Below, piece after piece: positions 1 to 9,741 of a stretch of 64,000 nucleotides of DNA. Source of the DNA: Candidatus Nitrosomirales archaeon (GTDB lineage Archaea; Thermoproteota; Nitrososphaeria; Nitrososphaerales; UBA213). The DNA lies in contig JBMCYV010000004.1 in NCBI GenBank assembly GCA_049199595.1, positions 32,350-96,349 on the forward strand, in the 5' to 3' direction. The first letter of the stretch is position 1. Each line of letters begins with the position of its first letter. The notes below the pieces were generated by a model. That model was not told the origin of the DNA. It was given only the letters and a program-made list of their open reading frames with translations, and did no database searches. The position numbers and the translations under genes are program-made.

Positions 1-55
1 TTTCCAACAAACCAACCCTTTTTCGCTCTCAACTGTGCTGTTCCAGAATAAATAT

Positions 56-2560
56 CTACACAGCCTCGCGTTGCACGCTGACAGTTTCTTCAATAGGCGC
101 ACTGATCTTGCTTTGTGAAGCTCCTGTCTTGATAACTTCAACGGTATATCCTCGGAAGTTTTCTCTAACACTTTCAAGATGGTTGATCAAGACTATTCTG
201 CTAAACTCCTTTGTCATGTTCTGCAACACGTTCATAACATCGCGTATTCCGGCATCATCAAGGTTTCCAAAATCACCTTCGTCGATTATCAGGGTCTGCA
301 TTGTGGCAAACGCATCCTCTGTCTGTGGAAGCTTGCTCAATATCCTAGAGATGGCAACGCGCAAGGCCATGTTGATCCTGGTCTGCTGCCCTCCAGAGAA
401 GTACTGTATGGGTCTTACCTCGCCGCCCATGGTAGCACCGATATTGAGCGTGTCGCGTTCGATGTTCAGTGCTGTGATCATGCCCTCTGAAAGATCGTTT
501 ATTATTGCAGTGCCTTCCTTTTCTATGTAAGGTATCAATCTATGCAGTATATTTTCCGGAATGTTCTTGAAGATGCTGACCAGATCTTCAAGCAAAGAGG
601 CGTCTTCCTGCAGTTTCTCGATTTCATCCTCGTTCTGCTGTAGTTTTTTCTCCTTGTTCTTCAGTTCCGTGTACTGCTTTGTGAGTGTCGTGTAGTTTGT
701 CTTCTCCTTCATTAGCGTGACAATATTTTGATTGTACATACTCTGCGCTGATCGCAACTCTTCCTTGACAGCTGCAAACCTGTGCTCAATATCCTTTAGT
801 TTCTTTATCTGTGCAAGCAATTGTTTCCGTTGCTTTTCGAGTGATGATACCAGTTTGCTAGTCTTATCGATCTCGCTCTTCATACTCGGAAGCCGTCTCA
901 GCTGCACGCTCGCGCTGGAGTACCTTTCGGCGATCTTCTCCTGTCTTAACATACCCAATCTCTTCTCCATCGCGCCATACTCCTTTGCATTAAAGTGCAA
1001 AGACCCTAGTTGTTTGCTGAACTTTTCGACCTCTTTGCTCACAACCTCGATTTCATGCTTTACCTTATCTCTTCTAGTACTGAGGGCATCCAACCTCTTG
1101 ACCTCGTTAAGCAGTTCGCTCTGCTTGCTGTACACACTTTCGATCCTACTTCTGGCACTTTCTACACTGCCCAATGCTCTGCTAACTTTCTTTAACTGAA
1201 TGAGTATTGAGCTCAGCTCTCTCTGCTTCTTTGTCCTATCTGCAGCGAGCATGTTTATTTCGTTCATATAATGTCTTAGCACGCTCTTTGCACTTGGCAT
1301 CTTTTGGGAACATGTAGGACAAACATTTCTTCGCTTGATTCTGCCCATCTCTGCCTTCATGTCGTTTATAGAATTATTTAAGACGTTCAGCAGTGCTTCG
1401 AGTCTGTACCTACCTTCTTCAAGTTGTACTTTCTTGCGCTCAAGCCCTGCCGTCTCCTCCCTTATGCTAGAAACCTGCTTTGACGACGGAACTTCCTTCT
1501 TCAACCTGGTAAGAAAAGTTCTGGATATTTCAATGTCCTTAAGCAGCTCAGCAAATTTCTCCTTCTTTTCTCTTAACAAATTTTTCAGCGAGAACAGTTT
1601 GCCGTCAATTCTATCATAACTTGATTTCTTTGCCTTCAAACCCTTCATGGATTTGGTCAGTGCAGCAAACTCTTTGTAAGATCTTTCAAGCGATGGGAAC
1701 TCGTTCCTCAAACCATTGAGTTCCTTATACTCGTTCTTCCTATGCTCCAGTGTTCTTTCTGCATTGTTCTTCTGTTTGTTTATGCTGTCTATCTTTCCAT
1801 TCAGAGCTATGTATGTTCTATAATCCTTCTCTAGGTTCTTTCGCAAGTTCGTTATCTGCTTAGCCTTTCTGCCTGAGCTTGTTACCTGCTGTTCCAGACC
1901 TGCTATTGTCTTCTTCAACCGCTTGATCGAATTTTCTACTTGGGGAATCTTTGCTATTTCATTCGTAAGAACCTCGTTTGCGGCGTCCATCTTCTCCACA
2001 GATATTTTCTTTTCCCCGATCTCGTTTCTGACAGATTTTTCGTATTCACTATACTTGGCCAGACCGAACAACTTCATGAAAGCTTCCTTTCGGGTCGCTG
2101 GTAAAACATCGGTAAGTGCGTTCATCTCACCCTGCAGTATTACCGTTGATTTGCTGAATCCTTCCCAGTCAAGGCCTATGGCCTTGTCGCTAACATACTC
2201 GTAAACATCGTCCTTTTCTGCTTTTAGTTCACCGTCTTCCAACAGTTCACCATCGGACTTGTCCTTGGTTATCTCTCTTCTCACTACGAAGTTATGACCG
2301 TGATTCTCAAACTCAAAGTGTATTGTAGCTTTGGTAACATCATGATTTACAAGATCTGCAGGTCGCAAAAACCCAGCTTCACTGTCAAACGAGGTCCGGA
2401 AAGTTCTGCCATAGAGACATACGCATATTGCATCGAGCAATGATGTCTTGCCTGCGCCATTTTCTCCAAATATCAGCGTCACTTGGTTTTCTGGAAAGTT
2501 TACGATTTCCTGATCCTTGAACCGCATGAACCCCTTGACGACGAGTTTCTTGATCTTCAT
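56..2560 (-). CDS. rad50: Rad50 DNA double-strand break repair ATPase
   Basis: 834 aa. N-terminal Walker A GENGAGKT, long coiled-coil middle with a CPTC zinc hook, C-terminal signature FSGGQQ and Walker B LIIDEGD. 1-nt overlap with mre11. Confidence 0.93.
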   Translation of the reverse strand: MKIKKLVVKGFMRFKDQEIVNFPENQVTLIFGENGAGKTSLLDAICVCLYGRTFRTSFDSEAGFLRPADLVNHDVTKATIHFEFENHGHNFVVRREITKDKSDGELLEDGELKAEKDDVYEYVSDKAIGLDWEGFSKSTVILQGEMNALTDVLPATRKEAFMKLFGLAKYSEYEKSVRNEIGEKKISVEKMDAANEVLTNEIAKIPQVENSIKRLKKTIAGLEQQVTSSGRKAKQITNLRKNLEKDYRTYIALNGKIDSINKQKNNAERTLEHRKNEYKELNGLRNEFPSLERSYKEFAALTKSMKGLKAKKSSYDRIDGKLFSLKNLLREKKEKFAELLKDIEISRTFLTRLKKEVPSSKQVSSIREETAGLERKKVQLEEGRYRLEALLNVLNNSINDMKAEMGRIKRRNVCPTCSQKMPSAKSVLRHYMNEINMLAADRTKKQRELSSILIQLKKVSRALGSVESARSRIESVYSKQSELLNEVKRLDALSTRRDKVKHEIEVVSKEVEKFSKQLGSLHFNAKEYGAMEKRLGMLRQEKIAERYSSASVQLRRLPSMKSEIDKTSKLVSSLEKQRKQLLAQIKKLKDIEHRFAAVKEELRSAQSMYNQNIVTLMKEKTNYTTLTKQYTELKNKEKKLQQNEDEIEKLQEDASLLEDLVSIFKNIPENILHRLIPYIEKEGTAIINDLSEGMITALNIERDTLNIGATMGGEVRPIQYFSGGQQTRINMALRVAISRILSKLPQTEDAFATMQTLIIDEGDFGNLDDAGIRDVMNVLQNMTKEFSRIVLINHLESVRENFRGYTVEVIKTGASQSKISAPIEETVSVQREAV

Positions 2561-3714
2561 TACTTGTCCCCCTTTTGTATCACTTGGTTACCAAGTTTCA
2601 GCAGTTTCGGAGCGTTCTTTGCCAACTGTCTCTTGCTCTTGACATAAAGCTCGAGTTCCTTTGCTGGTGGAAGCACGTATCTTTCTCCCAACACACCAGC
2701 TTCTGGAAGCGATACTGATGTTCTTGCCTGAATCTTGTAATCAAAAACGTTACACTCCTCAAGTTTCTCCAGTATAGGAGTCCAGTTGATCGATCTGTTT
2801 TCCCGCACGTCAATATTTTCCAGCTTTACCCTCACGAGCGCGTTTTTCATCTCCTTCGCTTTTACATCTATAGAGTCCAAGACGAACTTGGTTATCTTCG
2901 ATGCTGGAGAACCTGAACAGTCAAAATCTATTACAGTTATCATCTTTCTTATAGGAAGCCTTACGGGTTTTACTCTTACGCTTTCTTCAAACTCTACCAA
3001 CAATGCGTATTTTTCTTCATTCTCCTCACCAAAGTCAAAACGTTCCGAGGAGCCCGAATAAAACATCGGCAATGCGTGTTTGATCTGCTGGAACTTGTGC
3101 ATGTGACCCAAAGCAACATATGAAAACTTGTCAGGGATCTGCGATGGGTTTACATAATCGCCGGCAAACGGCTCGATAAACTGCTCCGACCCTAGAACAG
3201 CCTGTTCTACAGGCACATGGGCAGCAAGGATTTTCTTGTCAGATGTAGATTTTTCGAGCGCGATATCAAGTGCTGTGGAAAAGCTATGGCTGACATCCTC
3301 GAATTTTGAAGGTGTAGGAACGCAGACAAAATCATACGAGCCGAGAACAAAGGTGCTCGGCTCCGAAGCTACGAAGACATTGTCTATCTCGCTTAGGAAG
3401 GTAAGAGGGTTCAACCCCGCGCCAGTCCTTGGCGTCTCGTTGTTCCCCCTCACGATAAGTGTCATTATACCTGCCTTGGAGAGCCGTTTTAGGATACGCG
3501 TAACCTCGAGAAGATAATAATGATGCGGGTTTGTTCTAGTGAAGAGATCACCAACAATCAGGAATACGTCTACCCTCTCGTTGAGAGCGATCTTGCCTAT
3601 GCTCCTGAAGGCATTTAAATAATCCATCCCTCGCACATTCAAACCCGTAGTGGGATCTACCTTCGAGTAAGCTGTCTCGCCTAGATGGTTGTCAGATGTT
3701 TGAAGTATACGCAT
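2560..3714 (-). CDS. mre11: Mre11 nuclease (calcineurin-like phosphoesterase)
   Basis: Ordered phosphoesterase motifs DNHLG, GDLF, GNNE, GHMH. Immediately upstream of rad50 and overlapping it. Confidence 0.92.
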   Translation of the reverse strand: MRILQTSDNHLGETAYSKVDPTTGLNVRGMDYLNAFRSIGKIALNERVDVFLIVGDLFTRTNPHHYYLLEVTRILKRLSKAGIMTLIVRGNNETPRTGAGLNPLTFLSEIDNVFVASEPSTFVLGSYDFVCVPTPSKFEDVSHSFSTALDIALEKSTSDKKILAAHVPVEQAVLGSEQFIEPFAGDYVNPSQIPDKFSYVALGHMHKFQQIKHALPMFYSGSSERFDFGEENEEKYALLVEFEESVRVKPVRLPIRKMITVIDFDCSGSPASKITKFVLDSIDVKAKEMKNALVRVKLENIDVRENRSINWTPILEKLEECNVFDYKIQARTSVSLPEAGVLGERYVLPPAKELELYVKSKRQLAKNAPKLLKLGNQVIQKGDK

Positions 3715-3800
3715 GCCCAGCCCCGTCTTTTACTATTAACTTGCACTGTCTTATAAACCAGCATCCAACTGATCTGCTATCAAAGATTTTTATGCGCTGA

Positions 3801-3950
3801 TCATTTGTTTTTGTAACCAAACAAAAAGTAGCCACAGTTGATGCATACAGTTCCTACCTTGTCCCAATGTTCTCCAGCATGACCTCTATGAACGTATGTA
3901 GATTTCATAATGCTGCCGCAGTGTGGACATTCTATAACGGTCCTTGGCAT
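3801..3950 (-). CDS. small zinc-ribbon protein (49 aa)
   Basis: Hand-translated ORF below the track cutoff: MPRTVIECPHCGSIMKSTYVHRGHAGEHWDKVGTVCINCGYFLFGYKNK. Two CxxC pairs. Same strand as mre11, 86 nt upstream. Confidence 0.5.
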   Translation of the reverse strand: MPRTVIECPHCGSIMKSTYVHRGHAGEHWDKVGTVCINCGYFLFGYKNK

Positions 3951-4022
3951 GGTATGGTGTATACACCATGCTATAACGGATAAGTGTTATGATTTTTAAC
4001 TACTTGCTTCCGTAGTAATGCT

Positions 4023-5450
4023 GTGAGCAGCGAAGATCTTGCTTCGAAGGCAATAGATCACGCGTTAAGTTTGGGTGCAAGTTATGCAGATACTAGGTTT
4101 GAGGTCAGGACAGATAAAGGCCTGCTAATAGAAAACGGAAGCATCGAGCATTTTGCTTCCCAGCAGGAGTCTGGTATAGGCATCAGGGTAATAGTTAACG
4201 GTGCGTGGGGATTCTACGCATTTGCAAATCCAAAAAACCTAGGGAATGTAAGGACGGCTGCCGAACAAGCTTTCAACCTTGCCAAGAGTTCAAGTGCTAG
4301 CATCAAGCAGAAAGTAGTTCTTGCTGATGCCAAGGCATACAAGGATACGGTTGACTATGGGTTCAAGAAGGATCCTAGGGATGGCATGAATGAATTGGTG
4401 CAGATAGCAAAGGACTGTGACAAGATAATCAGAAGCGCTGGTAAGAGGATACATAGATCGTCAGTATCCATAGGCTATGCATATACTGAAAAAATGTTCA
4501 TGAACAGCGATGGCGCAAAGATCCTGCAACGATACACTGATACGGTGACAAACATGTCGGCCACCGCACACGAATCTGGCTTGACGCAGAACGTTTCTAC
4601 TACAGAAGGTGGGAGGGGAGGCATAGAGATGGTTACGGAATATTCTGATGCAAGAGCGAAAGCACAAGAGATTGCCGAAAAAGCTGTACAGCTCATAGAT
4701 GCAAAGCCAGCAAAGGAACAGAAAGCAAGAGTTGTGATGAACCCGGACTTTGTGGCGTTGCTTGCACATGAGATTTTAGGACATCCATCAGAAGCTGATA
4801 GAGTGTTAGGATATGAGATGGCTTGGGCAGGGGGCGCTTGGTGGGCGGGCAAGCTAGGGCAGAAAGTTGGTTCTGATGCGATGAATGTGTCGGACAATCC
4901 AACGATAGAACGCAGCTTGGGTCACTACAAATATGACGATGAAGGTGTCCGTGCAAAGGATAAGGTGCTGGTAAAAAATGGAATTTTAGTAGAACATATG
5001 CATAGCCGGGAGACGGCATCAAAGTTCAGTGTTGAAGCTAACGCCGGTATGCGGGCAACAGGTTACGAATTCATGCCATTGATACGAATGGCATGCACAT
5101 ATATCAACTCCGGAAACTGGAACCATGAGGAAATGGTAAAGGAAGTTGATGATGGATTTTTTGTCTGCAACATGAAGGTACCATCAATAGATATGCTGCG
5201 CTACAACTGGAGTATATCATGCCAGTATGCATACACTGTCAAGAATGGTGAGATTAAGGATCTTTTGCGCGATATTATTGTCATGGGCGTCGCTCCAGAA
5301 TTTTTCGCTTCAATAGATGCTTGCAGTAAGGATTTTGAAATAAGACCGGTTTTGAACTGCGGGAAGGGCGATCCCATGCAGACCATGCGTATGGGCAATG
5401 GCGGTCCATATGTCAGGGGCATAGCTACAGTCAAGAGCGTAGAACAGTAG
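4023..5450 (+). CDS. tldD: TldD/PmbA-family metalloprotease
   Basis: 475 aa with HEILGHPSEADR (HExxxH) and a glycine-rich C-terminal region typical of TldD. GTG start. Confidence 0.85.
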   Translation: MSSEDLASKAIDHALSLGASYADTRFEVRTDKGLLIENGSIEHFASQQESGIGIRVIVNGAWGFYAFANPKNLGNVRTAAEQAFNLAKSSSASIKQKVVLADAKAYKDTVDYGFKKDPRDGMNELVQIAKDCDKIIRSAGKRIHRSSVSIGYAYTEKMFMNSDGAKILQRYTDTVTNMSATAHESGLTQNVSTTEGGRGGIEMVTEYSDARAKAQEIAEKAVQLIDAKPAKEQKARVVMNPDFVALLAHEILGHPSEADRVLGYEMAWAGGAWWAGKLGQKVGSDAMNVSDNPTIERSLGHYKYDDEGVRAKDKVLVKNGILVEHMHSRETASKFSVEANAGMRATGYEFMPLIRMACTYINSGNWNHEEMVKEVDDGFFVCNMKVPSIDMLRYNWSISCQYAYTVKNGEIKDLLRDIIVMGVAPEFFASIDACSKDFEIRPVLNCGKGDPMQTMRMGNGGPYVRGIATVKSVEQ

Positions 5451-5521
5451 AAAATGTCTAACTCTGGAGATACAAATGCCGCAGTATAGAATAAGAACCA
5501 CTTGCTTACCATAATGAACAG

Positions 5522-6112
5522 TTGTCAAAAAACACACTGGAGATTATTGCAGACGAAGTGAGAAAATGCACTCTTTGCAGATTATCAGAAGGCAGAACCA
5601 ATGCAGTCCCGGGAGAGGGTGACGGTTTTGCGAAGATAATGTTCATAGGTGAGGCTCCAGGCAGAAGCGAAGACCAGCAAGGAAGACCGTTTGTTGGTGC
5701 AGCTGGGAAGTTGCTAACCGAAGCTTTGCAAGAAGCTGGTCTGTCAAGAGAAGACGTATTCATCACAAACATAGTGAAGTGCAGACCTCCAAACAATCGA
5801 GTGCCAAAGGAAGAAGAGCGTAGTGCATGCAAACCATATCTGGAGAGGCAGATCGCACTAATCAATCCAAAGATAATATGTATTCTAGGCAGAACTGCAT
5901 ACGAGTCGCTGTTGGAGGGCGGTTCGATAACATCGAACAGGGGCAGGTTGGTAAAGCATGACAGCAGGTTTTATTTCCTAACAGTTCATCCAGCTGCCAT
6001 TATATACAACCCAGAACTCAAGACGATCTTCCGTAATGATCTCGTTAAATTGGTAAATGAACTGAAGAAGTTGGAAGCGAACATGGGCTCGACGATGGAG
6101 GACTATCTATAA
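5522..6112 (+). CDS. udg: uracil-DNA glycosylase, family 4
   Basis: CTLCRL Fe-S cysteines, motif A GEAPG, FITNIVKCRPP, motif B HPAAIIY. TTG start. Confidence 0.88.
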   Translation: MSKNTLEIIADEVRKCTLCRLSEGRTNAVPGEGDGFAKIMFIGEAPGRSEDQQGRPFVGAAGKLLTEALQEAGLSREDVFITNIVKCRPPNNRVPKEEERSACKPYLERQIALINPKIICILGRTAYESLLEGGSITSNRGRLVKHDSRFYFLTVHPAAIIYNPELKTIFRNDLVKLVNELKKLEANMGSTMEDYL

Positions 6113-6205
6113 CTTGCTTGAGCGATCGTTATCGTTGTACCTTTTTTGCAAAGATAGAAAAAAGGTATGTTCATACCGCCGAGCATGTTCGATTGATCGA
6201 CAAAC

Positions 6206-6451
6206 TCAGCACAGTAAGAACACAGATCCTATGTCTCGTTCTGGATGTTCCTCGAAGAATTTCTTGGATCGTTTGGTCAGCCTAATGTACTCTTTACTCT
6301 TATCTAGCTGCACGAATCCCAGCTCCGCAAGAAAAAATATTTCCGTCGCCAAAGTTGCGGTTGTTATGTTAAGTCTTTCCTTGATCTCTTTGATACGAAT
6401 TTCGCCTTCCTCGCTGATTAAGCCCAGGATTTCCTCAGTAAGTTCGCTCAT
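6206..6451 (-). CDS. small winged-helix DNA-binding protein (hypothetical)
   Basis: Start taken at an internal Met (MSELTEEILGLISEEGEIRIKEIKERLNITTATL...). wHTH-like pattern. The N-terminal 37 aa of the track ORF look non-coding. Confidence 0.45.
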   Translation of the reverse strand: MSELTEEILGLISEEGEIRIKEIKERLNITTATLATEIFFLAELGFVQLDKSKEYIRLTKRSKKFFEEHPERDIGSVFLLC

Positions 6452-6966
6452 ACCGTGCGTAAAAACCATTGGATATAAATTATACCTTGTGCAATTCAAG
6501 ACCCATATTTTGGACGAAAATTTTCCATATATTACAACTGTAATGAACCTTAAATGAAACATGGTAGATCTGGAAAATTTCTCTATAACGTATGATACAC
6601 CGTCAAAAGAACGAGGAAAATATGCTTCGGTTCTTTATTTCATACCTGTAATTTCTTGATCAAATAATAGCTCGAGACGATTATCGTACAAACGTTATTC
6701 AACAATGGATCTGGACGAATTGAGTTACATACTGCAGTCATGAACAAATATGATAAAATGGCACAAATCGTACATCTGTACGATGCATCGTATTACAACC
6801 AAAACTTGCATGATTATGCTTCTTGGACCTCAAGCAGCGGATTGAGATTCAAAAATGAATTTGTTCAAACCACTAGAGCTTTACCTTGATGCAATTCCAA
6901 CTAAGGTTATTAAACAGTAATTCAAGATACACAGGTTTTTTATCCTATAACGAAAAAATGTGATCG

Positions 6967-8145
6967 ATGAGAAAAACACTTCTAGGTATGATAGTTGCCA
7001 TGATAGTTTTAACAGCAAACCTAGGCATGATTGCTATTACACTTACCCCAGCTTATGGCCAGGAAGATCGCCCCAAATTCAAAATAATTGATTACGATAC
7101 ATTCGTTGACAAGGATGGTTACTTGAACGTTGTAGGACTAATAAAGAACACGAGTGAAAAAGCTGGTATGGTTCCTACAATGAAGATGGTCTTATTAAAT
7201 AAACAAGATGAAACTATTTACAAGTTTACAAGAGATCCGTTGATACCATTCCTGAATCCTGAATCTATATCACCCTTCAAAATTATTGTAGCAGACGCAA
7301 CTCGCAGCAAGCAAACTGCTAACTTCAAGATTACATTCGATCAAAAATTTCCTGCACAACTGATGAATCCCAAACAAGACAAGCTAGCTATTGAGAATGT
7401 CAAATTCTCTAGTGAGGATTCTACAACGATAATAACTGGGAGCATAAAGAACGACGGCTCAAAGGCAACCGATGCTTTTACCGTTGCTGTAGCATTTATG
7501 AACGATAAGAACAGAGTTTTGGATGTCAAGTCTGCGCAATATAACACACAGACTGCCACAGGTGCTACGGTGAATTTTAATTTTGAATACAATGGACCAG
7601 CTGATAAGTATTGTCTCGTTGCAGACAGTAGATACTATGTTTCCGATCACGCCGGGCAGTGTGATACTAGTAAGGTGAAAGTCCCAAAAGCAGAGGGACC
7701 AAAAGTTCCAAAACCGTCAAATGATACATCGTCGAACTCATCAAAAGAAATTGTAAAATTGTCAAAGTTTCGCGTTCTGGACACAAATAGCACAAAAGTA
7801 CGGACAATAAATGTGGGGCAGGAAATTCAGTTGCAATCAACAGTTGCAGGTAATTTAACATCGGATCAGCCATTCGCCTACATTGTTCAAATCAAAGGTG
7901 AAGATGGTATAACAGTGATGCTAGCGTGGATAGATGGTACATTATCACCCGAAGAACCATCTGACCTAGCCATACCTTGGATTCCTGAAGAGCCTGGTAA
8001 GTATAATGTTACAATATTCATCTGGAAGAGCGTTGGAGATCCATCTCCCTTTGCGGAGCCTATAAGAACTTCTGTAGAAGTCAAGGTAGTAAAAGAAAAA
8101 GAAGTAAAAGAAGAAATCAAAGATAAGTTGGATAGTAAGAAGTGA
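6967..8145 (+). CDS. secreted/membrane-anchored hypothetical protein with repeated beta-rich modules
   Basis: N-terminal hydrophobic signal (LLGMIVAMIVLTANLGMIAI), two similar ~110-aa modules, lysine/glutamate-rich tail. Confidence 0.6.
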   Translation: MRKTLLGMIVAMIVLTANLGMIAITLTPAYGQEDRPKFKIIDYDTFVDKDGYLNVVGLIKNTSEKAGMVPTMKMVLLNKQDETIYKFTRDPLIPFLNPESISPFKIIVADATRSKQTANFKITFDQKFPAQLMNPKQDKLAIENVKFSSEDSTTIITGSIKNDGSKATDAFTVAVAFMNDKNRVLDVKSAQYNTQTATGATVNFNFEYNGPADKYCLVADSRYYVSDHAGQCDTSKVKVPKAEGPKVPKPSNDTSSNSSKEIVKLSKFRVLDTNSTKVRTINVGQEIQLQSTVAGNLTSDQPFAYIVQIKGEDGITVMLAWIDGTLSPEEPSDLAIPWIPEEPGKYNVTIFIWKSVGDPSPFAEPIRTSVEVKVVKEKEVKEEIKDKLDSKK

Positions 8146-8342
8146 GCTTCAAAACCAAACTGCTGTTCAGTAGTGCGATATTCTCTTGGCTTATGGCATT
8201 TCTTAGTTGGAGATTTGTCTATCCTGATGAAATAATACTGGATTGGATTTTGGTAGCATTAGTTCTTACTGTAAGTTACATGTACATAGAACAGAAAAAA
8301 TTAGGAATGAGGCGCTTGACTAGTCCAGAAAACTTCAGATAG
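8142..8342 (+). CDS. small membrane protein (hypothetical)
   Basis: 66 aa with two hydrophobic helices. GTG start overlaps the stop of the upstream gene. Confidence 0.35.
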   Translation: MSFKTKLLFSSAIFSWLMAFLSWRFVYPDEIILDWILVALVLTVSYMYIEQKKLGMRRLTSPENFR

Positions 8343-8399
8343 CTAGCATAGTAGATACTTTGTTTGCCTTATATAATGCCGAATAATTGATAGAGAGCC

Positions 8400-9008
8400 A
8401 TGCCGAGTGTACACATAATTGGAAGAAAATTTTACAGTAGGAACACAGTCGATGTGGCAAAGGACCTGCTGGGCAAAATATTGGTTAGAATTATTGACGG
8501 TAAAGTTATTTCTGGCGCGATAGTGGAGAGTGAAGCGTATCGTTCTACAGACGATCCTGCAAGCCATTCACATCGTGGTAAGACTGAGAGGAACAGCGTC
8601 ATGTTTGGTGAAGTTGGCCATGCCTACGTTTACTTCACATATGGTAACCATTACTGCTTGAACATTGTAGCGAAAGAAGACACCACACCTGCTGGTGCTG
8701 TGCTGATCAGGGCAATCGAACCTATAGAAGGTGTTTCTCTTATGCGACGATATAGAAAAATATCAGACCCCTACAACCTGACAAGCGGTCCTGGCAAGCT
8801 GACACAAGCGCTAAAAGTAACGAAGAGGCAAAACGGAGTTGATGTTACGAAGAAAGAAGAACTGTATGTTGTAAATGGTAAGCATATAGACGAATCAGAG
8901 ATAGTTGCAACATCAAGAATAGGCATAAGAGTTGCACTCGATAAACCATGGCGCTTCCTTATCACAGATAACGCGTTTGTTTCAAAGAAAGTTAAGATGA
9001 ATCGTTAG
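8400..9008 (+). CDS. mpg: DNA-3-methyladenine glycosylase (MPG/AAG family)
   Basis: FY.R.TVDVAKDLLGKILVR, ESEAYRSTDDPASHSHRGKTERNSVMFGEVGHAYVYFTYGNHYCLNIV are typical of the MPG family. Confidence 0.85.
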   Translation: MPSVHIIGRKFYSRNTVDVAKDLLGKILVRIIDGKVISGAIVESEAYRSTDDPASHSHRGKTERNSVMFGEVGHAYVYFTYGNHYCLNIVAKEDTTPAGAVLIRAIEPIEGVSLMRRYRKISDPYNLTSGPGKLTQALKVTKRQNGVDVTKKEELYVVNGKHIDESEIVATSRIGIRVALDKPWRFLITDNAFVSKKVKMNR

Positions 9009-9663
9009 GTTTTCCGCTGTTGTCCTCTTTACCATCTTCGTTATCATCTTCCATAGTCCAAGGGAACCATCTTCCAATAGATTTGGTCCAGTCGATCTTC
9101 AATGTATAGTAGATTACAACAGCCAATACTGCCATCAATACAATTGCGGATATGTATACTACACTGACATCCTGCACACTTTCCAGCAATGGTTGAACAT
9201 ATGGTGATCCTGCTTGAGCTCCCCACACCACGATTTCTGATAACACGATCTTACCAGCAAATGTGGCCGACAAGAACAACAATGGGTTGTACTTTGAGAG
9301 TCCTAGTGGGATATAGACAATATCGTCAGGAATAGGAGTAGATGCGGCTATGAATGTCGCTGGCCAACCATACCTAGAAACTAGTTTTTGTAAGGGTCTC
9401 ATTCTACGCTTAGTCTCGTCCTTGAGAATCCTTCTACCATAATAGCTTCCATAGAATACTATCATCTTTCCCCCCGTTGCTCCCGCAGCACTAACAAGAG
9501 CAAGTAAATGTGGGCTGAACTCAGGATCCAAGCTCATAGTAGCTAGAAGGATAACGAAGGGTACTGGTAGAAAGATAATGACACTTCCAAAGAAGCTGAG
9601 AGCCAGAAGACCAAGGTAACCCAGACTTTCATCAAAGGGAAATAGATCCGTTATATCTACCAA
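8992..9663 (-). CDS. DedA/VTT-domain membrane protein
   Basis: 223 aa polytopic protein with the pattern FLPVPFVILLA...GRRIL...RYGWPATFIAASTPIPDD. Confidence 0.75.
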   Translation of the reverse strand: MVDITDLFPFDESLGYLGLLALSFFGSVIIFLPVPFVILLATMSLDPEFSPHLLALVSAAGATGGKMIVFYGSYYGRRILKDETKRRMRPLQKLVSRYGWPATFIAASTPIPDDIVYIPLGLSKYNPLLFLSATFAGKIVLSEIVVWGAQAGSPYVQPLLESVQDVSVVYISAIVLMAVLAVVIYYTLKIDWTKSIGRWFPWTMEDDNEDGKEDNSGKPNDSS

Positions 9664-9741
9664 GTTAGTTTACCTCTCTTAGTCTTGTATATAATTACTT
9701 GTTCTTTCACTAAAAATTTCAGTAATAATTATCATGGTCAA

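Noticed and set aside
108-2204. Several 60-155-aa plus-strand ORFs inside rad50. The same applies to similar ORFs inside other long genes, e.g. 38013-38399, 19834-20859 and 56494-57291.
   Set aside because: They are antisense shadows within genes that have strong motif support, and they are low-complexity, Ser/Leu/Phe-rich translations.
6114-6557. 147-aa plus-strand ORF.
   Set aside because: It is Ser/Leu-rich and of low complexity, and it is antisense to the more plausible wHTH ORF on the minus strand.
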